A stretch of DNA of 63,954 nt, the filler included, from Piptocephalis cylindrospora (lineage: Eukaryota): the NCBI GenBank assembly GCA_003614145.1. It is 4 parts of 4 records of this genome, joined end to end, with 100 filler letters (N's around TTAATTAATTAA, not from the genome) between each part and the next. Parts side by side here need not be neighbours in the genome. Positions count along the whole stretch, not along the records: positions 1 to 17,614 come from KZ987851.1; 3 more parts are not named here. One strand, 5' to 3'. This document shows, piece after piece, positions 1-11,978 of this stretch; the first letter of the stretch is position 1, and each line of letters begins with the position of its first letter. The notes below the pieces were generated by a model. The model did no database searches, was not told the origin of the DNA, and was given only the letters and a program-made list of their open reading frames with translations. The position numbers were made by a program, and so were the translations under genes.

Positions 1-1899
1 CCCCTTTATAGACAGAATCCCAGGAAAGTGTACCGACCCCTAAATCCCCCGTTCTTATGCCACATGAGGTCATGAAGACACCATGATGTGGTGACGAGAG
101 GCACGTGCAAGTGGCGTCATCAAGGCCTCAAGCTGGCTAGATGAGATCTTAATGCTGCCTTTCCTGATCCCTAGAGGAAACCAGAGGTCTTCCTATTATC
201 AAACCACGAGAGATATGTAAAAGAAGAGAAGGCGGATTTAATAGTACAGAAACGTCCAGTACCCATAGAACAATCACACACTTAGCATAAACATGAAGAA
301 CGCTTAGAGGCCTCATACGCATAAAATATGTATATGCCATGGTGTGAAAAGGGAAGATGACCACAAAAGGGTCCTTGGAATAAGGGCCCAATGTCTTATG
401 ATTTGCCCTGGCAGTACCATGATACCCAAAAAGGTCAACATACTCAGAGGTGGAACATCACGAGAGCAGGATTTAGGACAAAATGGCTTTCAAGAGGTAT
501 TAAAGGCCCTTTATATTCTTTCTACAGCATGCTGAAAGTCACGCTGTGACCCCTCAGGGTGGGCTATAATCCCGTGACCCATACCTGAAAACCATTTCTC
601 AATGGTTGTCAATTTTCCTGGTGAATTCATGTATAGCGGCACTTTTGCACGCTCTAATTCGATAGATAGTGGAGTCATATTTTTTTTTGTTACAGATGAG
701 CCATGGGTCATCCTTCAATACATCACTCTTGCAAAAGCATTGGGTTCGAATGTCATGGGCACTTCCTCGTCAATGAGTACTATCGATTTTGATCAGCCCA
801 TTAACCAGTGCTCCACGAACGTCCAGTCGAACGTAGGGAAATGATGATAAATTCATACTGTCCTTCACACTGTATCCTAGGTCGGTATGGCTCCGCCGTA
901 CTTTTCTGCACTATTCAAGACAACAATGGTCTATGAATGTACATCCAGATTTTGAGAGCCTATTAACGTCAAAGTACAACACTCACTCACCCATTATGAT
1001 TGTACGTAAAGCCATTTGTTTTACTATATTCCTGAAGCTAGATTGTTAATAACAGTATTTTATCGATGTAGTTTTTGGTCAATAAAACATTCCCTTCTTT
1101 TCTAGTAACGGTATTTCCCGTCACCCACTGCCATCTTGAATATGCGTGATACCAGATAGAGACTCCCAGGGCATACTCTGTAGATGATTTGATAGGAATT
1201 GTTAGAGAGCCACCATCTCCACCTTCATTCAGAGGATCGCATAGATGGCCTTCTTCAACTTGTCATTTATTGGGAGGTTTTCAATCCTCTATGGCATGCC
1301 TATCCTCCGCTTTCAGCACACCCTGCTTTCCCCTAAAGACTTCTTTTGATCCTGCTAAACCTGCTCTGCCTTACTTCCTTTGCCTTCACTTCATCTAAAT
1401 CTCATGTTATTGCTTCCATATCGCTGGCATTCCGCCTAGATGCCTCTCCTTATGCATGGCCCACATCGACCAAAAGTGCACCGCCTTTATCGCTGATTTC
1501 ATCATCACTGCAAGTTGGCGTAAGGACACTCATTCACCACCCCCTAAATCCCCCCATCATCTCCATTGCCTCTATTATCCATCATTCGTTTTGTATAATT
1601 CATAACAAGTCCTCACACACTTTTGCTTTGCACTGGTACATCAAGTGCTCTTTGTACCAGTTTCAAGATTCATTGGTACCCATTCCAAACTTACTCCGAC
1701 ATTTCCCTCGTCCCCCCTGAATCTCAAGGGTGATCTAGCCCCCCACCCATGGCTGTGGGCACTGCCATTGCTACCTCTGCATGAAAGGGGCAGAGTTCCT
1801 GGGAGTCAATGGCTCCCTCCACTCCTCTTCCCATCGGCTTACTTCTCTCAATCCCCCGCTCATAGACGACCAGGAGTCTGTCAAGCCTCTCCATCCAGG

Positions 1900-4384
1900 A
1901 TGCATCCAGTCCACGCCCCAACTACCCCTGCTATCTCGAGTTCCGTCCCTTCAACAGCCATTGCAGTAGCCTCGTCCCCCTCGGCCAAAAGGTCACGTCC
2001 TCCCTTGAACTGGTCCTGCGATCTCTGTACCAATCCCTTTACCAACCAACCCGACCCAGATTGTCCTCATGATCCACCTTTTCCGCCTGATCCTATTCCC
2101 ACCTCCCCAACTTCGCCCATCGTCTCAAAGGATAGGCATAGGGGAAAGAGCTCCGCGGACCTGGACCACCAACTGTTGATCCGAGGCTTTCAGCGGTGGT
2201 GTATCGCCATTTGTATCGTCACTTTTGACTTGGAACACGGACACACCCTGGAAAGTGTACATCCATCGGGTACACAGCTAGAAGAAGCATTGCGACACAA
2301 TGTCTGCTTCTCCTCCTTCCCGGATATTGGCGGGATCCCACCTGGAGACCATCTTCACAGCTTCCGTCTCCGTGTTCACCAGCACCAGTCTACCTACACA
2401 AACAAGGAAGTCCCCATCATGGACGACACCGCCCCGGACCTCGAGGATCATCAATATATCCATGGTCACGTCCTCTACCGCCTTAAACGGACTCCGAGTC
2501 AACATCGTGGCTTTTCCCAGCGCTCCATCGTTCTTCTCACTCACCACAGACTCCCTGGACTCTTTGTCCCCGTGACAGAGAATCTAGGAAAGGCCTTACT
2601 TGACCCGGGTAAGGAAGGTAAATTCCTGGTAAGTACGGCCTGTAGGAACATTGCTTCTTGGCCATCCCCCAAATACGGCGCCTCCTACCACCTTCCCATC
2701 CTCGACATGTCCTTTGATGTGGAGCTTCCCTGGCCTGGTCGAGTCCAGAGCCTTTCCAGGAGCACCTTTGACTACGCCTCGCACAAGCCCTCCCAGCAGC
2801 TCCTTGCCGGTGTTTACCCCAACTCCTACGTCCTATCCTTCCAAGGAGCCTTCCAGTGGCTATGGGATCTATGGGAACTCATGATCCTGGGAGAGCCAAT
2901 CCTTGTGATGGGCGCTACCCCGGGGGATGCGGCTCGAGGTGTCTACTCCCTTGTAGACCTCATATGCCCCCTAATCTACTCGGGGGACTGGCGCCCCTTC
3001 CTCACTATCCAGGATAGGGATTTTAAAGTCTTCTCTAATCCAAGGACTCCACAGGGCACCGTGGTCCTTGGTGCTTCCAATCGCATCGTCTTGGAAGCCT
3101 GCGGTCACTTTCCTCATATCCTCTACCTAGGATCTGGGTACAAAGCATCCGTCCCCGTAGAGCCCCTCACCTCCTCGTCCCCGAAACCGGCGGATGACCC
3201 ACCTGTCCTGGCTCTCCCTGTCCGTAACTCCAAATCCTTTGCTAAAGTAGTAAGTTGTTTTCATTGCCCGTATTGCCCCTTTTTTCCCATTAATGGATCC
3301 TCGAATGAAAAAGAAAGAGAGAGTGCGCCCCCCACTCATGCCTCCCCCTTATTGCAGGGCTTGGTGACAAAGCATCGAAGAGTAGTAGCTAGAGATGAAG
3401 ATTTCCTTCGGTCCATCCTATCAGATCCCGCCTTACTCCCCGGGGCGCTACCCTCCGAAAGTAAGTGGGATTGCCCAGAGGGTGATTGATTTCACCCTTC
3501 TTGGATAAGCGTAAGTGCCTCACTCATTCATCTCTCCTATGCAGTATATCAACTCAACGATCGAATCCGCGGGCATTTTTCTGACCTTACCGACCGATTC
3601 CTCGCCCCTATTCATCGATACTTTTCCACCTTGATCCCTCCCATTCGGTAGGTGAATCCTTTTCTAGACAATTCATTCATTGGTGATTGGCGCTGACACA
3701 CTCTTTTAGACATGCCACCACCTCCACGAAACCCCCGGCCATTAGGCCTTTTAGAATTTCCAAGTTCCTTGACACTGTCTCTGATACCGGTAAGAGGGTT
3801 AGAGAATGAGCTATTGGAATGTATCATTCTCCCGGTTCATTCCACTCATCCCCACTCTCCTCTATAGTCTTGGGAGGTGATCTGCGGTTGCGGGCATCCT
3901 TCAATCCCTCGGCCAGGCCCTCCCTCTACCAGTCCTTCTTGCGTAGCACCAACGCCATGACTTGGAGACATGCTCGATCCGTGGCTGCTGAATCTCTGGT
4001 ATGGAGGAGATGGGTTCAACAACTGTGTGACACCAATATGAAGATATGGTGCGAACGAAAGGGAGAACTGGAGATGGTGGATATGCTGGCGAGGATCCAA
4101 TCTCATCTGGTAGGCTTCTCTCGGCAAAAAGGTGGCGAAGGCATGGCACATTCTTTTATTCAGTTCATTAATCATAATCACCATCCCTCCTCTCCTCATA
4201 GATAGATGATGAAAGGGCCAAGCAAGGGAACTCGGGCGGTGCAAGACTTACTAGGTCCCAAAGAGATCGTTTGTATGCCCATCGGGACCTCATTACCACC
4301 CGTTTGCCCCAAGATCTTAAAGGTCTAGTGATCCAGGCCCACGATGCTGCCGCTTCCGAGGATGAGGACAGTGGGGATGAGTAA
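1900..4384 (+). CDS. DENN domain protein, DENND6/FAM116-like (putative Rab GEF), 6 exons
   Basis: Motifs CIVTFDLEHG, SFPD, GFSQRSIVL, LWELMILGEPILV, DWRPFLTIQD. Spliced C-terminal exons give IRGHFSDLTDRFLAPIHRY and LPQDL. Introns at about 3250-3357, 3461-3544, 3647-3709, 3790-3867 and 4110-4201; stop TAA at 4382-4384. Start ATG 1900 is uncertain. Confidence 0.85.
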
Positions 4385-4571
4385 TGGGAAGCAGGCGTCA
4401 GTCAGTGATAAACCTAGGCGTGTGAGAAGCAGGCTGTGGTCAGAAAGTGACCCAAGGGTATCCTCTTTGTAGACTAGATGCATGGTGCTTTGAACAACTA
4501 TATATTTTTTTACCTTCACCCTTTCCGTCCATTTCCTCCCTAAAAACCCTACATAATTTGCAGGGCATACA

Positions 4572-5980
4572 TTACATGTACTCCAGGGCCGGTAGACCCA
4601 ATAATTCTAAACCCTGAGCCAGACACTGCTTAGTCCGGATGAGAAGGGCTAAACGGGCAGATGCTAGAGCTCTTTCGGTCCCTTTGACCCTTAGAGTGTA
4701 CTGGGCTCGTGTAACTGCACGAGCTAACCGGGTCATATTTTGGGTAAGGGCCGATGGGGTAAAGGCAACTGGGCTTCTGGCCTGCTGAACAAGATGATCC
4801 TGAAGGAGGAGAAGTCGGGCACACAGCACTCGACTTTCTGGGCTCATCGTTGTCACTAAAGCGATTAGGCCTTCATCAGTCGGTTCTTTTGGTACACCCT
4901 CCTCCTCCGAACTACGAATGATACTATATAGGCGGATAGTGGATGAGAGAGAGTAGCAGAGATCATCAAACCAACAATTTTCCCAGCACCTCTCCCTTCT
5001 CCCCTGTCACCCTCTTACCCAGAAATCCGTGCGTGTGTGTATTGAACGTACACTCCAGGTCGCTCTCGGGCCATCTTTGAAAAATCCACATGCATTGGTA
5101 AGGTGAGACGAGGAGAGAGGAAGGAGAAGGTCAGAGAGGTCCAAGCGCAGATCCAGCACGCCTCCTTTGCCTGCCTCGGATCCAGCCACTCGGAACATGA
5201 TGCAGGAAGCTCTTCTGAAGCCATTTTTCTCACCATCCCCTCTAGATCCTCGGGAGAATAAGGGCATGGACCAAAGACCACCCAGGACTCTGGTTTATCG
5301 TAGTTAACATCCGACTCTTTTACAGAGTTCCATTGTCTCATCCAAGCATTCCCCCCGGGAGATTGGTCCACGAGAAAAAGTGATGATGAACATGGGCTTG
5401 GAGGGGTATACGTTCCATTAGAGGAGGAGGATGATCCGATGGCGCTTGAAAAACACTTGGCCAGGTCCACATGAGTCATGGATGACCCCATGGAAGGGTA
5501 ATCCTGGAACGGGCGAAACCCTCGAGGATCATGGGTATATACTCCCATGTGTATATCTCCCTCCTTCCTACGGAGAGGGCTGGGTGAAGTAACCGCCTTG
5601 ACATACAGATAGGTTCGGGCATCGGGAGGCGAAGTCAAGGTCAGTTTCCAGTCTGTCTTGGACTTATCATGACTGGACGTTGAGTCCCGCAAGCAGTAGG
5701 AGACTAGTGCCTTATCCGATATTTCCAGGACCAATACTGTACCTCGCACCCGCCACACTTGAACCAGCCCGTCCTTCTCCAAAGGGGCTTCTAGATCTTT
5801 CCTTCTCGAGCTATTCCAGGAAGGAAGGAGGTTCTGATACCGCTGTAAAAGTAATGTCACTGGACCCTCCATCCCCTCCCGAAGTCGGGCTAGTCGAAGG
5901 TCTGTCGGTCCCAGGGCTCTCTGACCTGGACCGAATGCCCTTGACACGCTCTCCCCTACATGTTCCATCAAGGCCTGCAT
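4572..5980 (-). CDS. Stand-alone DALR anticodon-binding domain protein (DALRD3-like), 2 exons
   Basis: GVYVQYTHARISG joins across a GT-AG intron (4924-5018) to ...SARLALLIRTKQCLAQGLELLGLPALEYM, the C-terminal signature of the ArgRS anticodon-binding domain. No HIGH/KMSKS motifs are visible upstream. Confidence 0.75.
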
Positions 5981-6197
5981 ATCTACACGCAGAAGGTAGA
6001 TGAGAGAGAAGAATATGCTAGAGTCAAGATGTGTGAGCTGAATCAAAGTATGCTACCCGTTCCCTTTTTTTACTTTGTGCAACCAACTCCTTAAGAATCG
6101 ATCGATAGATCCTATATGCCACAAGAAGGTCATTTTTACGGCAATAAATAATTGAACTATCCATAATACTAACTATATATATATATATTAACAATAT

Positions 6198-6471
6198 TGT
6201 TAGGGGTATGGCTTAGTGGTTGGGTATAAACGAGTGAGGAGGTGAATTCAGATGTAAAGTGGCTTAATCTTTCAATGTATTGGGAATGTTTATCGAAAGT
6301 TCAGTATTTTATAGAGAATCATCCAGGCGGATGATTCTCTATATTTAGGACTATGCTAGGGTATCGTTATGCTGGCGACTCCTTTGCTTTGTTCATGAGG
6401 TCCTTTGTTTCTGGGGCTTCCCACAGGCATTCCCTTCACGGGGAAGGCACAACGACTTCCAAGCCGTTACA
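6198..6471. mobile_element. Probable solo LTR
   Basis: Begins TGTTAGGG and ends CCGTTACA (TG...CA with imperfect terminal inverted repeat). Flanked by ATAT at 6194-6197 and 6472-6475. 274 bp, non-coding. Confidence 0.55.
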
Positions 6472-6960
6472 ATATAATAGATAGACGGGGAGTAATTTAC
6501 CTTAACACGATTATACACATTAATCCAGCTATATTATTGTATGATTCTGTCTATTAGATCCTTGGACATCGGATTAAATCGTTGAGCATCGCTTTATGGC
6601 TCCCAATGTTTTCTATAGTGTAAAATATGCATTAACATGTGACCATGCGTTGCTATTGAAGAGGGAACATGGCTATATATATTTTTCTTGCAAAATTGGC
6701 ATATATTTTAAAATAAGCCCATACAGTGTGAGTGGAGCCCACATAAGGGATCATTGAAAAGAGGAATAGAAAACAAGGGGGGAGATTTTGCCTATAAGGG
6801 GCTACTACCACCATCATCACCTTCTAAAACTGCTGCCGCCGTGTGAGCTTCTTGTAAGATGGGCGCCAATAGAGCGTCACGGGAACATGGCTATAGCCTC
6901 ATTAATATGTTCAACAAAATAAAAGGATAAAGTAGATACCACTTCATCAGAAAATGTGCA

Positions 6961-7033
6961 GCCCCGTTAGCTCAATCGGTAGAGCGTGGGACTTTTAATC
7001 CCAAGGCTGCGGGTTCGACCCCCGCATGGGGCG
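6961..7033 (+). tRNA. tRNA-Lys (anticodon TTT), intronless
   Basis: 73-nt cloverleaf: acceptor GCCCCGT/ATGGGGC, D arm GCTC...GAGC, anticodon arm TGGGA-CTTTTAA-TCCCA, T arm GCGGG-TTCGACC-CCCGC. A T-run follows as a Pol III terminator. Confidence 0.97.
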
Positions 7034-7681
7034 CTAGCTTTATTTTTACGCATCTATCCCGGATGGTACAATTTTCGATGAGCGAAAAGATGTATTTTCT
7101 TGGCCAAAAAATTACTTCCTATAGTTTGCAGGTTTTGGCGAAGATGGAGAATGAGAGGCTCCTCCATGACATCCTGACCGTCCTCAATACCATCATTCTA
7201 GAATGAAGGACTTGGTCTTACCCTACCCTAATCATCCTACAAGTAAATTCTCGACGAGTGAAGTAAACTTCCCAGCATATCGTTTCGTATTGTTATCGCA
7301 TACATTTTTTTGGAATAACGGAGGGAGTGTGTATTGACGCTTGGGAGGGTAAAAAATCACTTAATTCTTCCAGTGATGGGGGGAAGTAAGAAGCGGCTTA
7401 GGGGGGGAAGAGATGCTTCCAAACCCCCCTAGTCCAAAATCCTCTCCCACCATCCCACCAAGCTTGCCAAATCCACGAACATGGGAGCAAGCAAATGCCC
7501 TCCATAAATGAATTGGAAAGGTTATGGTGGGGAACCACGAAAAAAAGAAAAGACCTACTACCTCTCTCAGGGAATATGACAACACCGCCACGCCCTTCGC
7601 ATGGTCCTCGCGCAAAAGGAGCGGGCTGAGCCTGCCCCTTCACTCTTTATTCCTCAGGTGGACTACACGCATCAACCACAT

Positions 7682-7942
7682 TTAGCGGGTGCTGGAGTAG
7701 ACATTCTTGAGGTAACCATCCTGGGTGACGAGACGGTTGAGGGAGTCATCGCTCTCGGCGTTGGACCGGACAAAGCCGGACAGGGCGTAGGTGGTGAACT
7801 CACCGGTGAGGGAGCCGGAGGCATCGACGTCGCCAACGTTGATCTGGACGGAGGCATGGTCCTTGGCGGAAATGATGCGGTTGGTGGCCGAGCACTTGCG
7901 GGGGACGTAAAGGTCAACGAGCTTGCCCGAATCGTTCTCCAT
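7682..7942 (-). CDS. RPS21: 40S ribosomal protein S21 (eS21)
   Basis: [36 protein letters not shown], 86 aa, strong codon bias. Confidence 0.98.
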   Translation of the reverse strand: MENDSGKLVDLYVPRKCSATNRIISAKDHASVQINVGDVDASGSLTGEFTTYALSGFVRSNAESDDSLNRLVTQDGYLKNVYSSTR

Positions 7943-9107
7943 TGGATGAGTGAGTTAGGGTGGATGGGGAAGGGTGCGTAGAACGGCGGATGAAAGGACC
8001 TTGAGTCTCGTTGGTGCAAAGGGGCACAGATGGACAGGAAGGGAGCAAGGAAGAGGAGGAGAAAAAAAGGAAGAGAGAGTGTGCGGTTTGCGGCTGGCAG
8101 GGCGGCTGGAGCAATAAGCTGGTCAGACAGAGGGACTCTGAAGGGTATAAGTGTGCTTCTCTCCTCGCCTGCCCCCTTAGCTGGTCCAGGCTGTGTGTGT
8201 GAGGGGGGAGGAATAGGAGGGCTGGGAATGGAATAGTACCATCAAGTATGGGCAGCACAGTGAAGAGGAGGGTAAATCCCCGTGTCTAGTTTGTGTGTCC
8301 TTAAGTGAAGGAGTGGCGGGGTCATGATGGGATGAGAGAGGAAGAAAAAAAAAGGGAGGGAAATAAACACTTTTTTCTCTGTGCATTTTTCATTGAAAAC
8401 ATTTCATTTTTGTAAAACAGAAGGTCTGGTAGCATTAATCATCATCCGATGTGATACGATCATTGCGCTCAAACAACATGCTCAAGGTAACATATTTTAT
8501 GTAAATAGAGTGCAATTATCTTAATGTTTTTGGTGCCTCTGCTTGCTACTACAAATCATCTCACCTTCTTTAAAATGATGCATTTATCATATAGGGTGAC
8601 TAGTCCGCACTACCCTCATCATCTTCCCCTTGTTGGAGAGCATCACATTAAATACCTAATAAGACATAATCATGTTACTCTGATTCATGAGTGATTTGAT
8701 TGTGCATGTCCTATTTCACCTTATTTTTGGGATTACTCTTACCGAGAAAGGGATACGACATAGCTGGTATAGTATTGGAGGGCGCGCATCGTTCCACGCC
8801 ACTATCTGACCTTAGGATCCCCTTGACATGTGCTTTATCATCGTCATCGATTAGTCATCTTGTCCTTAAAAAAGAAGAAGGTACATGTAATCATTCATGA
8901 TATATCTTTGATATATCATTATGGGTTTCCGGATATGCATGTCCCTAGAGGCCTCCAATAGGCAAAGATGGACCGCTGGCTCATTCCATTACCTCAATGT
9001 TTCAAGGAAAATAATCTTAGTATAGTCTACATATAGGGCTATCCCTCTCTCCTTTCCTGCCCCATCTCATTCTCCCCCCATTTCTCTTCTCTAAAAGACC
9101 GGTCATG

Positions 9108-9431
9108 TTACCGCTCCCTCCATTGATGCTGACAATCATAGTTAGTGCACTTGTAAAAGACGGTCATGGGTTCGTCTGCTGAACGCGTCTGGACCTGACG
9201 GTAATAGGCTCGCGGATTTTCGCACTTTGGACAAGCTTCAGCGATTGAATCCACATTCTCCCAGGCCTTCGCCCCACCCAAGACATCGTCCACTTCTTTC
9301 CTTTCCAAGGTCCTCCGGTCAATCAGAGTCCCGGATACCCGGTGAATATACGGACAAGTTTGACAATAAAAGAGCAGGACTTCCTCCTGGCGTAGTAAGA
9401 GCGTGTTTGCGCAAACAGGACAAAACCTCAT
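9108..9431 (-). CDS. RPC11: RNA polymerase III subunit C11
   Basis: FCPVCANTL zinc ribbon, KEVDDVLGG, CPKC...QTRSADEPMTVFYKC TFIIS-like domain. Confidence 0.96.
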   Translation of the reverse strand: MRFCPVCANTLLLRQEEVLLFYCQTCPYIHRVSGTLIDRRTLERKEVDDVLGGAKAWENVDSIAEACPKCENPRAYYRQVQTRSADEPMTVFYKCTNYDCQHQWRER

Positions 9432-9820
9432 TGTAAAGTGTTAATGGAAAGGACAGGGGGAGTAGACGACCAGAGAGATGGAGAGGAGGGAGGACTTGTC
9501 CCTCTTAACCGTCAACAACAATGAGAGGCGGACCTCAGTTTTCTTCGTAGTGGGCGCTAGAATACAGTGTCAAACATAAACCTGATTCGACCACTAGTGG
9601 AAAACGCAGGTATATTTTTCCACGAAAATAGTGCATTTAATTTGAATGTAGGGGTAGTGGATAGTGTGGTTGGTGGAGGAGAGATGCGAGTCTCTCAGTG
9701 CTGCTGATCACGAACCACAAGGTGACAGGCCAATACCACCACACACGTTCGGATCTTCCATCCGCTTCCCCTCTCGTTCCCTTCTCGACCAAGTTACCGA
9801 GTAGTAAAGCCTTTCGCACC

Positions 9821-10681
9821 ATGAGGTAAGTCGACCCACCCATCCATCCATCCATCCATCCATCTGCCTAAAATGGTCTTTGGAGGAAATCGTAAGGATG
9901 ATGAGGGAAAGCTGTCATGCTTCTTTTTTCCCGGGGCTAGGGAGGGCCATAGGTGGATGGATGGATGGAAGCTTGTTACGATCATGTTTTTCGATATCAA
10001 CATCATCTCATCTCCCACCTTACCCATTCCGATAGCAAAGTTCAGGTTGCCGCCGTTCGTGACACTGTCCGCCAACTCCTTGATGAGTCCAAGGAGAACG
10101 ATCGCAAGTTCACTGAGACCATTGAACTCCAGATCGGTCTCAAGAACTACGATCCCCAGCGTGACAAGCGTTTCTCTGGAACCGTCAAGCTCCCCAACAT
10201 CCCCCGCCCCAAGCTCTCTGTGTGCATTCTTGGTGATGCCTTCCACTGTGACCAGGCCAAGGAGATCGGTATGCCCTCCATGAGCGTTGAGGATCTCAAG
10301 AAGCTCAACAAGAACAAGAAGCTCATCAAGAAGCTCGCCAAGCGCTACGATGCTTTCCTCGCCTCCGAGGCCCTCATCAAGCAGATTCCCCGTCTTCTTG
10401 GTCCCGGTCTCCACAAGGCCGGTAAGTTCCCCACTCCCGTCACCCACGCTGACAACCTTGCCGACAAGGCCAACGAGCTCCGCTCCACCATTAAGTTCCA
10501 GCTTAAGAAGGTTCTGTGCCTCGGTGTTGCTGTCGGCCACGTGCAGATGACTGAGGATGAGATTCTCTCCAACATCATGCTTGCCATCAACTTCCTCATC
10601 TCTCTCCTGAAGAAGCACTGGCAGAACATCAAGTCCCTCTACATCAAGAGCACTATGGGCAAGGCCCATCGTCTCTACTAG
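9821..10681 (+). CDS. RPL1: 60S ribosomal protein L1/L10a (uL1), 2 exons
   Basis: Exon 1 ATG AG (9821-9825), intron 9826-10035, exon 2 gives MSKVQ...[29 protein letters not shown]...[11 protein letters not shown]. Confidence 0.98.
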
Positions 10682-11978
10682 ACGGGATATGTTATTTCCC
10701 CAGTGAGTTTGCCTTGGTGAATCCTTTTTATCCCTTGGCCCTACGAAGGGATGAGGAAAATGGATGGACCTGGGCATACGCGGCCTCTCTTTGCTCACGC
10801 CTTTTACCAAAGCATCTGTTTTCTTTGTCTAGTTACTCTCTTCCCCTTCTCCTTCTAGGAGTTCTTGGATGGTAGTGATTGGGCTTAGATTAGAGGTGTT
10901 CTTGGGAGCTTTATGATATCTCAGCGATTTTCGCTGGGGTATAGCGACCATTTGCCGCTCGGTGTCTTGGTCGACCACCCCCCTTTTCTTTTGCTTGGTA
11001 GCCTAGAAGTTGTGTTTATCCTATGGGGATGAATATACTCTTGGTTGTCTGGTAACATATTGATTCTGGGTTCTTTTGGGATATGGTGTTATATCCTTTC
11101 TGCTAGGGGGGAGACTAGGGCAGGACCGCCGGTATATTCTAAGCCTCAACAAAAGAACAGATGCTTTAGAGTGTCATTATCATTCCTCTGCAGGGTATCC
11201 TACCCTGGTTCATAATAATAATAATATTCTTCCTAAGAGTGTCGATGTAAAGGCGATGACTATGCTTGAAAGTGAACATGGTCTGGAACTCTGAAAGATT
11301 TGGATCCAGTGGGACCTTTATTGGATATTGCACACGGGGAATCTTGTCCCTACCTAAAGGTCTTCTCTCTCATCTCAATGATGAATGGGTGCCATCAGGG
11401 CCGAAAGCCAGTTATTATGGGCATTTTGTACATGTCGCGTGCCTTTCCTGGACCCCCTGGAGTTCTGGTCCTGACGTGAGGGCATTAGGGTAAGGGGTGT
11501 TTGAGCTGTAGATCATGTTTGCGTCCAATCCCACTCGGCCCTCTACCCTGGCCTTTTCTATGTCAGTATGGTATCCAGGTCTTGGATGAATTTGGAAAGA
11601 CGGGCCACCTCTGGGGAGGGCACCTACTCGCTCGAGTAGGGCCCACCATGGTAGGCCACTGTCCATGCTTTCCGCATCATGCAATAGTATCATAAAATTC
11701 ACCCGGTTGGCAGGGCATGGGATGGACCATGGAGCTGGGGTGGTGGATCTGGAGGATAAATGGGCCGTGCCTCATCCGCTTTCACTGGATATCCCCAAAC
11801 CCTCATTTAATACACTCAGAATACGGTCCTTCTCTACGATTTAATCCATCATTATCGCTTTTCTAGCCTTCCTTTTTCCTTTACATTTCCTATCATCATA
11901 TCATTACCTGGTACACTTCATCCTGTCCTTCAAGTTCCCCTTTGTTTCGACTTCATCACCATTCCATTTCTTGTCCCG

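Noticed and set aside
1..1000. Short ORFs including a GYHGT motif on the minus strand (ADP-ribosyltransferase-like)
   Set aside because: Frames are broken and no second supporting motif was found; cannot assign.
6662..6896. GGGAACATGGCTATA occurring twice upstream of the tRNA
   Set aside because: Only two copies with no element structure between them; could not assign a role.
9897..9950. Box C-like ATGATGA in the RPL1 intron suggesting a C/D snoRNA
   Set aside because: No CTGA box D downstream within the intron.
9794..10810. 338-aa antisense ORF over RPL1 (likewise 7601-7981 over RPS21)
   Set aside because: Shadow ORF caused by strong codon bias of a highly expressed gene.
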